This document shows positions 37,495-46,741 of a stretch of DNA of 64,000 nucleotides, piece after piece. This DNA comes from a virus. Each line of letters opens with the position of its first letter. Position 1 is the stretch's first letter. The translations under genes and the position numbers were made by a program. The DNA lies in IMG/VR virus record IMGVR_UViG_3300017917_002228, positions 64,001-128,000 of that record; one strand, 5' to 3'. Under the pieces are notes generated by a model, which was not told the DNA's origin, searched no databases, and saw only the letters and a program-made list of their open reading frames with translations.

Positions 37495-37899
37495 ATGCCC
37501 GAATTATTTTTAAGACCATCACAGATTAGTGCAAACGGATCATCTAGTGGACAGATACTAACGTCCAACGGGTCTGTAGTTTATTGGGCAAATAATGCAG
37601 GTGGTTCTGGTGGTGGTACTATAGAAGCTATTGCTTATGATACGTTTACTGCTAACGGCACACAAAATACATTTACATTATCCACCAGTGTTTCTAATCA
37701 AAATAATACACTAGTAACTATTAATGGTCTTCTGATGACTCCATCGCAAGACTATACTGTATCTGGTACTACACTATCATTATTATTTACACCCCTTGCT
37801 AATGCTGAGATTGAAGTTAAAAAGTTTACAATAGGATCGGCAGGACCGTCAGGTTCTTCTAAACAATCATTTTTCTATAGTACAATAATAGGCGGATAA
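37495..37899 (+). CDS. Short fibre anchor protein, cassette 5
   Basis: QISANGSSSGQILTSNGSVVYW; FTANGTQNTFTL domain; tail FFYSTIIGG. Confidence 0.8.
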   Translation: MPELFLRPSQISANGSSSGQILTSNGSVVYWANNAGGSGGGTIEAIAYDTFTANGTQNTFTLSTSVSNQNNTLVTINGLLMTPSQDYTVSGTTLSLLFTPLANAEIEVKKFTIGSAGPSGSSKQSFFYSTIIGG

Positions 37900-37900
37900 A

Positions 37901-38263
37901 ATGGCAGCCCCTAATCTTTTAAATTTAACAACAGCAATTGGTGTAACAACATTTGCAAACGTTACACAGTCAGCGGCAAACGTAGTAACTAATCCTGCAG
38001 CAAGTAACAAAGCATTTAGGCTAAACAGTCTTATGTTTGTAAGCACTGGTGTTAACACATCTGTGACAGCTTATATTAACAGTCCTGGAAGAACACCTTC
38101 AAATACATTTGTGGTAGATGAGACTGTTCTAGTATCTAATGCTATATTTGTTGCATTAGATAAGAATACAGTAATATATTTACAAGAAGGTGAATCTCTA
38201 TTTGCTGTCGCAGCTGCAAATAATGCTGCTCATGCTATATTGACTTATGAGGATCTTTCATAA
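37901..38263 (+). CDS. Fibre adaptor protein, cassette 5
   Basis: MAAPNLLNLTT...NSL...IYLQEGE...TYE. Confidence 0.8.
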   Translation: MAAPNLLNLTTAIGVTTFANVTQSAANVVTNPAASNKAFRLNSLMFVSTGVNTSVTAYINSPGRTPSNTFVVDETVLVSNAIFVALDKNTVIYLQEGESLFAVAAANNAAHAILTYEDLS

Positions 38264-40347
38264 TGCCTAATATGGGTTTTAGAGGCATATATGCTGGTGC
38301 TAATAGTGCAATAGGCGGTAGAATTATATCTGGCGATTTAATTCCTGCAATACGAGGTAATTTTTATCCTACCTATGCTATAGGATTTACACCTTCTGAT
38401 ACTAATTTTAACTACACAACACTATTACTTAAAGCTGTAGGCTCTAATACTCAACAAAACTATACTTTCCTAGATTCTTCTACTAATAATTTTACAGTCA
38501 CACGAAACGGTGATGTTACCCAAGGCTCATTTTCTCCTTACGGTTTAGATGACGGGTCATGGTCAGTTTACTTTGATGGTTCAGGAGATTATTTAAGCAA
38601 CGCTTCTGCTGCAGCAGCTAATTTTGGTACCGGTGATTTTACATTTGAATGTTGGGTATATTTTACAGATATGGCTTCCGCATCTTATTATCAAATATTT
38701 GCAGCATCTAATTCTACCGGTGGTTTTCAAATTTATAAAAATACAGGATCTTCTAACTTAGTTTGGGATATTAATTCTACAAGTACAGATTTAATAGCAA
38801 CTAATATTGTTGCAAATAGATGGTATCATATAGCAGTTACTAGAAGCGGCTCGACTGTAAGAACATTTTTAGATGGTGCATTGACTTATACGTATACAAA
38901 CAGTTTTAATTTTACTATTACTGGTGCATATATAGGAGCATTTCCCACTGGAGCTAGCTATTTTCCAGGCTATATAAGCAATTTGAGAATAGTTAAAGGG
39001 ACAGCAGTTTATACTTCTGCTTTTACACCTTCTACAACAGGTCTAACAGCTATTTCCGGTACGTCACTCTTAACATGTCAAAGCAATCGTTTCAGGGATA
39101 GTTCAACAAATAACTTTACTGTTACTCGAAACGGCGACACTAAAATATCTGCTATGACTCCATTTAATCAAAATGCTCCGTATACTACAACAACATATGG
39201 CGGATCAGCATTTTTTGATGGAACTGGAGATTATTTAAGCTGTGCTGCAAACACTGCATTTGCATTTGGCACTGGTGATTTTACAGTAGAAGCTTGGATT
39301 ATGAGAACTGGAGGTTCGGGTAATCAACCTATCATGCAAAGTGATGCAATCGGATCTTCTACAAATGATAAATGGTGGTTTGCTGTTGCAAGTGGAGGTT
39401 TATTTTTTGGTACACATGCAAGTGGTGGATTTAACGTAGTAACTACTACTACATTTAACGTTAACGAATGGTATCATGTAGCGGTTACTCGTTCTTCTGG
39501 TACTATGAGAATGTTTGTTAACGGTGCAAATACAGCATTTACTACTACCGGTACACCTAGCGGATATAGCTTATCACAAAATGGTCTAGTAATTGGTGGT
39601 ATGAGTACTCCTAGTTATTGGACGGGCTACATAAGTGATGCTCGTGTAATAAAAGGAACAGCGCTGTATACTAATAGTTTTACTATTCCTACTGCTCCTT
39701 TAACAGCAGTAGCTAATACCTCTTTATTATTTAATGCTTCAAATGCTGGTATAGTTGATGCAAGTAGAAAGTTTAATTTATACACAGATGGTGATGTTAA
39801 AGTAGCCACAAACATATTTAAATATGATAAATCTTTTGCATATGATGGTACTGGTGATATAGTTAAAGTTTTATCTCCTCCTGAAGAATTAAATCTAACT
39901 ACTGCTACATTTACTTTAGAGGCATGGGTATACGTATCATCACTGGCAGCAATTAGAGGTATAGCCGGTTGTGCAACTACTGCTATTGTTAATAATGCTA
40001 GTATTGATTGGGGCTTTAGAATTAATACTAATGGTACTGTATCTTTTCTAACATGTTCTAGTACTGCTATTTTACAGGTAACCTCTACAGCTACAGTACC
40101 TTTAAATACATGGGTTCATGTTGCTGTAGTAAGAGAAGATGCTACAGCAAACGTTTACGTTAACGGTGTTGGAGTATCAGGTACTGTACATGCAACTACA
40201 AATTCAAATAGAGGTGTATTTACTGTAGGGTCAATATCAGATATTAATCCTATGTTAGGTTATATTGAAGATTTACGACTAACTAAAAATTTCAAGCGAT
40301 ATACTGCTAACTTTACTCCTCCTACAGCTTCTCTACCTACACGATAA
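38263..40347 (+). CDS. Triple LamG/ConA-like domain tip protein, paralogue of 28142
   Basis: Same scaffold motifs YTTLLLKA.G.NT.QN, NASNAGIVDASRKF, FKYDKS. Confidence 0.9.
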   Translation: MPNMGFRGIYAGANSAIGGRIISGDLIPAIRGNFYPTYAIGFTPSDTNFNYTTLLLKAVGSNTQQNYTFLDSSTNNFTVTRNGDVTQGSFSPYGLDDGSWSVYFDGSGDYLSNASAAAANFGTGDFTFECWVYFTDMASASYYQIFAASNSTGGFQIYKNTGSSNLVWDINSTSTDLIATNIVANRWYHIAVTRSGSTVRTFLDGALTYTYTNSFNFTITGAYIGAFPTGASYFPGYISNLRIVKGTAVYTSAFTPSTTGLTAISGTSLLTCQSNRFRDSSTNNFTVTRNGDTKISAMTPFNQNAPYTTTTYGGSAFFDGTGDYLSCAANTAFAFGTGDFTVEAWIMRTGGSGNQPIMQSDAIGSSTNDKWWFAVASGGLFFGTHASGGFNVVTTTTFNVNEWYHVAVTRSSGTMRMFVNGANTAFTTTGTPSGYSLSQNGLVIGGMSTPSYWTGYISDARVIKGTALYTNSFTIPTAPLTAVANTSLLFNASNAGIVDASRKFNLYTDGDVKVATNIFKYDKSFAYDGTGDIVKVLSPPEELNLTTATFTLEAWVYVSSLAAIRGIAGCATTAIVNNASIDWGFRINTNGTVSFLTCSSTAILQVTSTATVPLNTWVHVAVVREDATANVYVNGVGVSGTVHATTNSNRGVFTVGSISDINPMLGYIEDLRLTKNFKRYTANFTPPTASLPTR

Positions 40348-40369
40348 ATATTAATAAAAAGAGATATAG

Positions 40370-41362
40370 ATGTCTGGTAAAAAAATTGGTTCAGATCAAA
40401 TAGACGGTTCTAGAGGGTTTGTTCTCCCAACCTGGACTACGGCAGGTCGTCCTGCTAACCCTGTTAATGGTGCTATGGGATTTAATTCTAATACCGGTAC
40501 TATTGAGTGGTATAGTAACGCTTACTCTAATTGGTATGGTATTAATAGCGTTCCATCATCAAATATAGAATATCTTGTTGTTGCTGGAGGAGGAGCTGGA
40601 GGATCTGGGTCTGCAGGCGGAGGGGGAGCTGGTGGATTTAGAACTGGTAGTCAATCAGTTTCATCAGCTACGTCATTCACTGTGGTTGTAGGTGCTGGAG
40701 GAGCTGGTTCTACCACTACTCCTTTTGCAACTAACGGGGCAAATTCTTCTTTTGATGTTTTTGTCTCTAATGGTGGAGGAAGAGGTGGAACTAGAGCAAC
40801 ACCTGATGTAGCACCAGCAACAGGTGGATCAGGAGGTGGAGGATTAGGTGATTTAGCAGCAACTTCTGCAGGTGCTGTTGGTAATACTCCAAGCACTACA
40901 CCATCACAGGGAAATCAAGGCGGAAGCAATTTAAACGGCGGGGGTTATGGGTCCGGAGGGGGAGGAGGTGCCGGAAGTGCTGGTGGTACTGCAAGCGGCT
41001 CTCTTTCTGGCAATGGTGGTGATGGTGCATATAATTCATTCTCAGGAGCAAACACAGCTTATGCAGGAGGAGGTGGTGGTGGGTCATCTGACAATGGCGC
41101 CACAAGAGGTACAGGCGGTGTAGGTGGTGGAGGTAATGGAGGCACTAGCGGTTCTGGAAGCCCTGGTGCTACAAACAGTGGAGGAGGCGGCGGAGGAGCT
41201 GGAGGGGCTGTAGGTGGTGGAAAGACTGGAGGTAACGGTGGTTCTGGTATAGTTATAGTTAGATATCAAGGAAACCAAAAAGCAACTGGCGGTACAGTAA
41301 CTAGTGCAGGTGGTTATACTGTACACACCTTTACAAGCTCAGGTACCTTTACTACGTATTAA
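40370..41362 (+). CDS. Glycine-rich tip protein with its own anchor peptide
   Basis: KKIGSDQI, LPTWTTAGRP..G..GFN, IEYLVVAGGG, HTFTSSGTF. Confidence 0.85.
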   Translation: MSGKKIGSDQIDGSRGFVLPTWTTAGRPANPVNGAMGFNSNTGTIEWYSNAYSNWYGINSVPSSNIEYLVVAGGGAGGSGSAGGGGAGGFRTGSQSVSSATSFTVVVGAGGAGSTTTPFATNGANSSFDVFVSNGGGRGGTRATPDVAPATGGSGGGGLGDLAATSAGAVGNTPSTTPSQGNQGGSNLNGGGYGSGGGGGAGSAGGTASGSLSGNGGDGAYNSFSGANTAYAGGGGGGSSDNGATRGTGGVGGGGNGGTSGSGSPGATNSGGGGGGAGGAVGGGKTGGNGGSGIVIVRYQGNQKATGGTVTSAGGYTVHTFTSSGTFTTY

Positions 41363-41380
41363 TAATAAATAGGTTATATT

Positions 41381-44113
41381 ATGTCAGAACCATATATGAA
41401 TAGACCATTAAGTCCAGGAAGAAAAATGGAAAGTCCAAATAAGACTAAAGATAAAAAGCTTAAGACCACTAAGGTCAAGGATGAGATTTCTGAAAAAGGT
41501 CGTACCATAGATGGTAACAGACCTGATCAGATAATTATTAATCCAGTACAAGAAGCTGTTGAAAAGCGTGCAGTATTTGCATATGGACGTTTTAACCCAC
41601 CTACAACTGGACATGAAAAGCTTATTCATAAGGTAGAATCAGTAGCAAAAGAACAAGGCGCGCAAGCCCATATTGTAGCATCTCATTCTGAAGGTAAGTC
41701 TAAAGATCCACTCCCTAAAGAAAAGAAGGTTGAGTATCTTAAAAAAGTAGCCGCTAAAGGCACTCACGTATCTCATTCAACAAGCGAACATCCTACTCTT
41801 CTACATCAGTTATCAAAGTTACATAAAAGCGGTGTAGAACATGTTACTCTAGTTTCAGATAAAGAAAAAGAGTTCGGTGATCTAGTACACAAGTATAATG
41901 GTGTAGAAGGAAGACACGGACATTTTAATTTTAAAACTATCAAGTCAGTATCGTCTGGTATGAGAGATCCAGATGCAGAAGGCACTGAAGGCATCTCTGG
42001 TACTAAGATGAGAGCTCATGCTCGTTCTGGTAATATGGAAGAATTTAAAAAAGGTCTTCCTACAGCTCTCCATAAGCATGCAGAAGAAATAGCCAAACAT
42101 ATTAGATCAGTAAAAGAAGATATTGATGAAGAGTTTGAAGATTTCTTAGATGAGTCTATCTCAATGGCTTCTCGTCTCAAAAAAGCATCATCAATGAGAA
42201 GATATGAGGCTAAGTTACAAGCAGCCCGTAAACGTTCTATGATGAGAAGAGCTGGCACTAAGGTAATTACTCAACGTGCTACTAAACTCGCTATTGGTAA
42301 GATGAAGACTAGATTTGCTGGTGGAAGAGATCCTAGCACTTTATCTGCAATGGAAAAACAAAGAATAGAAGATATAGTTCATAAGCGTAAACAGGCTGTT
42401 CGCCGTTTAGCTATGAGATTGATTCCTACAGTTCGTAAGACAGAAGCTCAACGTCTTATGAAACATATTCATGTTCAAGAAGAAACATATACTGTTGATA
42501 TGGATCTTATGAATGAATTATATGATGTTGCTCTAGAAGAAGTTAACTCGGTAGGAGCTGGTGGTTTTAGAGGTATGGGTAACGTAACTGGTAATGTTGG
42601 TATGGAAGGATCTCCAGTCAACAATTATACTTTATTTAACGCTGATAACGCAGATACCAGAAGTGATGAGCTTAAAAAAATAAAGAAGATGTTCCATGAT
42701 AAGCATCATGCTTCTAAAGCTGTCAAAGAAGAGTTAGAAGAAAACTTTATGGATGGTAAGAATCCAGAAGATAAAGGTGATATGGCTCGCCATGGTCTAA
42801 AAGGTAAGTCAATATCTCAGCTTAAGAAGATTAGATCTTCTGATGATGCTTCTCCTAGAAAGAAGCAACTAGCTCACTGGTATATTAATATGCACAAGGA
42901 AGAAATAGATCGTGCAAATACACATGCACGAGATGAAGGCACTTCTTCTTTAGTTGACATTTATGCTAAGGATACACCAGGACAGGGTAAAAAGCAAGTT
43001 AAAGAAGATACTGATAGAACTGCTTTTGTTTATATGGCTCCTCAGCCTCCTAAAGAGATATTTGCCCAGTGTGGTTCTTGTGCGCACTTTATGCCTGAAT
43101 CACAAAGATGTACTTTGTTTGGTAAAGACGATAAGGTAGTAGCAGAAGCATCTTGTACTCTTTATGCACATGGTGTTCCATCAGACGAACAAGAGATTTT
43201 AGAATCTACTACACCAAAAGAAGCTGGTTACGTAACTGGCAAGGTACGTTGTGAGAATTGCTCTTGGTTTGATGAAGAAAAAAGTACTTGTGGTTTATTC
43301 CAATCACTCAATAAGAAGATGAAAGATACATTTAAGCTTCAAGAAAAAGTAGACAAGTACGGATGCTGTAACGGTTTTTATCGTAAAGAAGAAGAGATGT
43401 CTGAAGATATTAACGTTCTATTCCAAGAAGCAGTCAAGGCTACTGACAAAGAAGCTATTCCACGCTCTGGTCAACCAAGAAAATCTATTGACTACGTAGT
43501 ACGTTCACAGGTTAATAGATTTGTTTCTGATAAGCCTTATCGTCAACAAGCTCTGCAAAAACAAAAGATTGACGAAGAGGTAATCGAAGAAGAAAAGCCA
43601 GTATGGGAAAAAGAGCCTCCTAAAGATGGTGGTAGTAAATTATCCCCAGCAGCAAAAGCAAAAGCAAAGGCTCGTGCAAAGGCAGCAGGTCGTCCTTATC
43701 CAAACTTAGTAGACAATATGTGGGCTGCTAAGAATGAAGAGGTAGAAGATGAAGGCTGTCCTCTTCTAGATGAAGATTATGAAGAAGAACTTCATGAGTA
43801 TATCGAAGAAGATTTTATTCCAACAGGTACCGAGCTCTATGAGAGCTGGGGAGAGCTTACAGAAGAAGCAGTAAAGAATGGTAAGAGAGTTCAGCTTAAT
43901 AAACCATTCCTAACACCTGGTGGTCCAAAGAAGAGAGCTGTTTATGTTAGACATCCAGAAACTGGCAACATTGTTAAAGTTGGTTTTGGTGATCCTAACA
44001 TGAGAATTAAGAAATCTAATCCTGAAAGACGTAAGTCATTTAGAGCTAGACATAATTGTGAAAATCCTGGACCTAAACATAAGGCCAGATATTGGTCATG
44101 TAAAGCATGGTAA
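41381..44113 (+). CDS. Multi-module protein with cytidylyltransferase-like (HxGH) domain; putative packaged polyprotein
   Basis: GRFNPPTTGHEKL and ISGTKMR; further modules separated by Glu-rich spacers; two CxxC..C..C units; C-terminal NKPF..PGGPKK...ARYWSC module. Confidence 0.8.
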   Translation: MSEPYMNRPLSPGRKMESPNKTKDKKLKTTKVKDEISEKGRTIDGNRPDQIIINPVQEAVEKRAVFAYGRFNPPTTGHEKLIHKVESVAKEQGAQAHIVASHSEGKSKDPLPKEKKVEYLKKVAAKGTHVSHSTSEHPTLLHQLSKLHKSGVEHVTLVSDKEKEFGDLVHKYNGVEGRHGHFNFKTIKSVSSGMRDPDAEGTEGISGTKMRAHARSGNMEEFKKGLPTALHKHAEEIAKHIRSVKEDIDEEFEDFLDESISMASRLKKASSMRRYEAKLQAARKRSMMRRAGTKVITQRATKLAIGKMKTRFAGGRDPSTLSAMEKQRIEDIVHKRKQAVRRLAMRLIPTVRKTEAQRLMKHIHVQEETYTVDMDLMNELYDVALEEVNSVGAGGFRGMGNVTGNVGMEGSPVNNYTLFNADNADTRSDELKKIKKMFHDKHHASKAVKEELEENFMDGKNPEDKGDMARHGLKGKSISQLKKIRSSDDASPRKKQLAHWYINMHKEEIDRANTHARDEGTSSLVDIYAKDTPGQGKKQVKEDTDRTAFVYMAPQPPKEIFAQCGSCAHFMPESQRCTLFGKDDKVVAEASCTLYAHGVPSDEQEILESTTPKEAGYVTGKVRCENCSWFDEEKSTCGLFQSLNKKMKDTFKLQEKVDKYGCCNGFYRKEEEMSEDINVLFQEAVKATDKEAIPRSGQPRKSIDYVVRSQVNRFVSDKPYRQQALQKQKIDEEVIEEEKPVWEKEPPKDGGSKLSPAAKAKAKARAKAAGRPYPNLVDNMWAAKNEEVEDEGCPLLDEDYEEELHEYIEEDFIPTGTELYESWGELTEEAVKNGKRVQLNKPFLTPGGPKKRAVYVRHPETGNIVKVGFGDPNMRIKKSNPERRKSFRARHNCENPGPKHKARYWSCKAW

Positions 44114-44139
44114 AATAATAATAACAAAAAAGGTGTATC

Positions 44140-44574
44140 ATGGAACAACTAATAGAAAAAATGAAAGTATTACTAGCAACTCAGTTTGCTTTTTATCTCA
44201 AAGTCCATTCTTTTCATTGGAATGTAACTGGACCTAACTTTCCGCAATATCATGATTTTTGGGGTGATCTTTATGGAGAGCTTCACGGAGCTATTGATGA
44301 TATAGCCGAACATATAAGAGCAATCCAAGGTTTTGCTCCTGGTGCTTTAGCACGTATGCAGTCACTATCTAGAGTATCGGATCAGATAGAGGTTCCTAAT
44401 GCTGCAGAAATGTTTAGAATAGCACTTATAGATAATAATACTATGATAGCTGTATTAACTGATGCGTTTAGAGAAGCAGAAGCAGCAGGTGAAGTGGGTC
44501 TTGCTAATTTCCTACAAGATCGTATTGATATCCACAAGAAACACGGCTGGATGTTGAGAGCTACAGCTTCATAA
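44140..44574 (+). CDS. dps: Dps family DNA-binding ferritin-like protein
   Basis: HWNVTGPNF...H, D.IAE.IR, H.K..WML. Confidence 0.92.
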   Translation: MEQLIEKMKVLLATQFAFYLKVHSFHWNVTGPNFPQYHDFWGDLYGELHGAIDDIAEHIRAIQGFAPGALARMQSLSRVSDQIEVPNAAEMFRIALIDNNTMIAVLTDAFREAEAAGEVGLANFLQDRIDIHKKHGWMLRATAS

Positions 44575-44615
44575 ATACTATACGTGAATACGTATAATTA
44601 TAAAGGGGAAAACAT

Positions 44616-45461
44616 ATGTCTCAATGGGGCAAAACAGATAACGCAGCTAACTCAGTACTTTGGGGCGTTTCAGGTTTTAATAAAACCGCTAACTCAGTAA
44701 ACCAGACAGACTTCTATAATAATACCACGATTGGTGCTTTTGTAACCAATCTACAAGTAGGTCAGTTTGCTGTAGACACAACTGAAATGGGCTTAAATTC
44801 AGGTAACGTAGCCCAGATCTTTATTACATCTGCAGGTTCAGGATACACTGCTAACGGTAATCTAACATTTACCGGTGGTGGCGGTTCTGGTGCTTCTGCT
44901 AATGCTGTTGCTAATAACACAGGTAAGATTGAATCAATCAATATTGTTTCTGTTGGTTCTTCTTATGAAACCAATCCAACAGTAGCAATTTCTGCACCTG
45001 TTGCAACTACATTTAATGCTAACTCAGCGGTTACAGCTGGTGCTGGTGGTGGTGCTAATAGCGTTATTGCATTATCAACTGCTGGTGTATTTGTTGTAAA
45101 TGATCCTATCATCTACGCAGTTGCTGCTGGTAATACAGCTCTAGCCGGTTTAACATCTGGCACAACATACTACGTACAGTTTGCTAACGTCACACACGTT
45201 GCACTATCTCAGACAGTAGGCGGTGCAAGAATTACACTAACTAAAGGTCTAACAGAAACTGGTCACTCACTACAGGGTGCTACAGCTACTGCTTATGCTG
45301 TTGTTGGTGGTGCTAACAACAAGGGTGTTCAACACGCCGGTTGGGTAGTTAGAAAAGTAGGTACTGGTGGCCGCGCTGGCCGTGTCCAGTATGAAACATT
45401 AGTCGCTATGGGTTCAATTGCATCTGATGGTTCAGATGATACAATTCTACCTGATGCTTAA
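44616..45461 (+). CDS. Virion structural protein
   Basis: MSQWGKTD ... GSGYT repeats ... HAGWV....G.GGRAGRV..E.LVAM; late promoter at 44570. Confidence 0.75.
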   Translation: MSQWGKTDNAANSVLWGVSGFNKTANSVNQTDFYNNTTIGAFVTNLQVGQFAVDTTEMGLNSGNVAQIFITSAGSGYTANGNLTFTGGGGSGASANAVANNTGKIESINIVSVGSSYETNPTVAISAPVATTFNANSAVTAGAGGGANSVIALSTAGVFVVNDPIIYAVAAGNTALAGLTSGTTYYVQFANVTHVALSQTVGGARITLTKGLTETGHSLQGATATAYAVVGGANNKGVQHAGWVVRKVGTGGRAGRVQYETLVAMGSIASDGSDDTILPDA

Positions 45462-45484
45462 TTGATATAAAGAGGGCGCATCAT

Positions 45485-45823
45485 ATGCCTAAGATTTCAG
45501 AATTAACCGCAATCAGTAATGTCAGCACAGATGATCTAATGCTGGTTGTTAATGATCCAGGTGGTGCGCCCTCTTCTAATAAAATTACAGTACAAGGTTT
45601 TGCTACTGCTGTTACAGGAATGCTACGCTATGCTAATAGCACTGTAACAGGTACTGTAAGAACTGGAGAATATCTTACAGCCAACAGTACCGGCTATCTA
45701 ACGTTATCTTTTAACAATCTTCCAGGCCCATATGCGAATGATGCTGTTGCAAACACAGCAGGAGTTTCTCAATTTGGAATATATTATGATAGCTCAGGTA
45801 ATGTTAAAATTAGATTAACGTAA
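45485..45823 (+). CDS. Putative small structural protein
   Basis: KISELTA ... NKIT fibre-type N-terminus. Confidence 0.7.
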   Translation: MPKISELTAISNVSTDDLMLVVNDPGGAPSSNKITVQGFATAVTGMLRYANSTVTGTVRTGEYLTANSTGYLTLSFNNLPGPYANDAVANTAGVSQFGIYYDSSGNVKIRLT

Positions 45824-45824
45824 T

Positions 45825-46217
45825 ATGCATGATAGGCTAGACGAAGCTAATTTTCTTCTCTACGCAGCGAAACATTATGAGAACCCTCAGTGTCACGATA
45901 CTGTTGAATTCTATGATGATTTGAAACGTATTAAATATATTAAGCGCCTCTTCAATAGATATCAAGAAGAAGGTGATCTTAAAGAACGGCTAATTCTCAA
46001 TCATATTATAGTGCTTAATAACGTTTTTGGTCCTATACCAACAGCGCGTATGTTATTTTTAAAGTGTAAAGGTATGGAAGAGCTTCTTAAACCATTCCTA
46101 CTATTCCTTAATATATTACCTGAAAAAATAGAAGGTATAGGAATAGAAAATAAAATTATAAATACTAAAGACATACAAACTAATCAAGAAATATTAGCAC
46201 GTCTAAGGAATATCTAA
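45825..46217 (+). CDS. Conserved T4-like hypothetical protein
   Basis: NFLLYAAKHY.NP.C...EFYDDLKR.KYIKRL...ERLILNH. Confidence 0.85.
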   Translation: MHDRLDEANFLLYAAKHYENPQCHDTVEFYDDLKRIKYIKRLFNRYQEEGDLKERLILNHIIVLNNVFGPIPTARMLFLKCKGMEELLKPFLLFLNILPEKIEGIGIENKIINTKDIQTNQEILARLRNI

Positions 46218-46741
46218 TGCTTATCGATGCATATCTTACATACCAGTTTATAAAGAAGCTCGTTACACCTTTTGAAGATATGCCTGCTTATAAGCTTGGT
46301 CTTATCGATAAGGATGGCAATTTCCTAAGACCCCGTAAATATTATAGCCCAGAAGATAAAAAAGCTCTAGGCTATTTTGATGTGCTCATTATTAATCTTA
46401 AAAAGCTTATTTCTAAACTTCCAGGTGGTAGTGCAAGAATAGGTACTATTGCAGCTGCAATGTTATTACTGAAATCTGATCCTAAGAAGAGAGTAATGGA
46501 AAGTGCAGATGGTGAGTTAGATTGTTCATGGTTAGAAGAAGAATATATTAAGTATGTAAAAGCACTAGAAGAAGATGCTCCTCCTGTTAATGCTACTGCA
46601 GGTGTTGCAGGTTTGACTCCTGACAGTCTAAAGATTCCAGAAAAAGCTCGTAAGAAGTATAAAGCCGCTAATGCAGCAGGATCTCCTGACGGCGTTTTAA
46701 AAAGAAACGTACCAGATGTTGACTCTTCTAGGGCCCTATAA
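46217..46741 (+). CDS. Conserved T4-like hypothetical protein
   Basis: YQFIKKLVTPF...AYKLG.ID.DG; LEEDAPPVN..AGVAGL tail. Confidence 0.8.
   Translation: MLIDAYLTYQFIKKLVTPFEDMPAYKLGLIDKDGNFLRPRKYYSPEDKKALGYFDVLIINLKKLISKLPGGSARIGTIAAAMLLLKSDPKKRVMESADGELDCSWLEEEYIKYVKALEEDAPPVNATAGVAGLTPDSLKIPEKARKKYKAANAAGSPDGVLKRNVPDVDSSRAL

Noticed and set aside
24479-41326. Pro-rich minus-strand ORFs (24479, 25903, 27588, 31564, 36653, 40651 and others)
   Set aside because: Antisense shadows of Gly-codon runs in the fibre genes; no SD or promoter seen
19926-45823. Enrichment of N-x-S/T sequons in fibre proteins as evidence of N-glycosylation
   Set aside because: High Asn, Ser and Thr content alone would give many sequons; enrichment cannot be shown without a shuffling test
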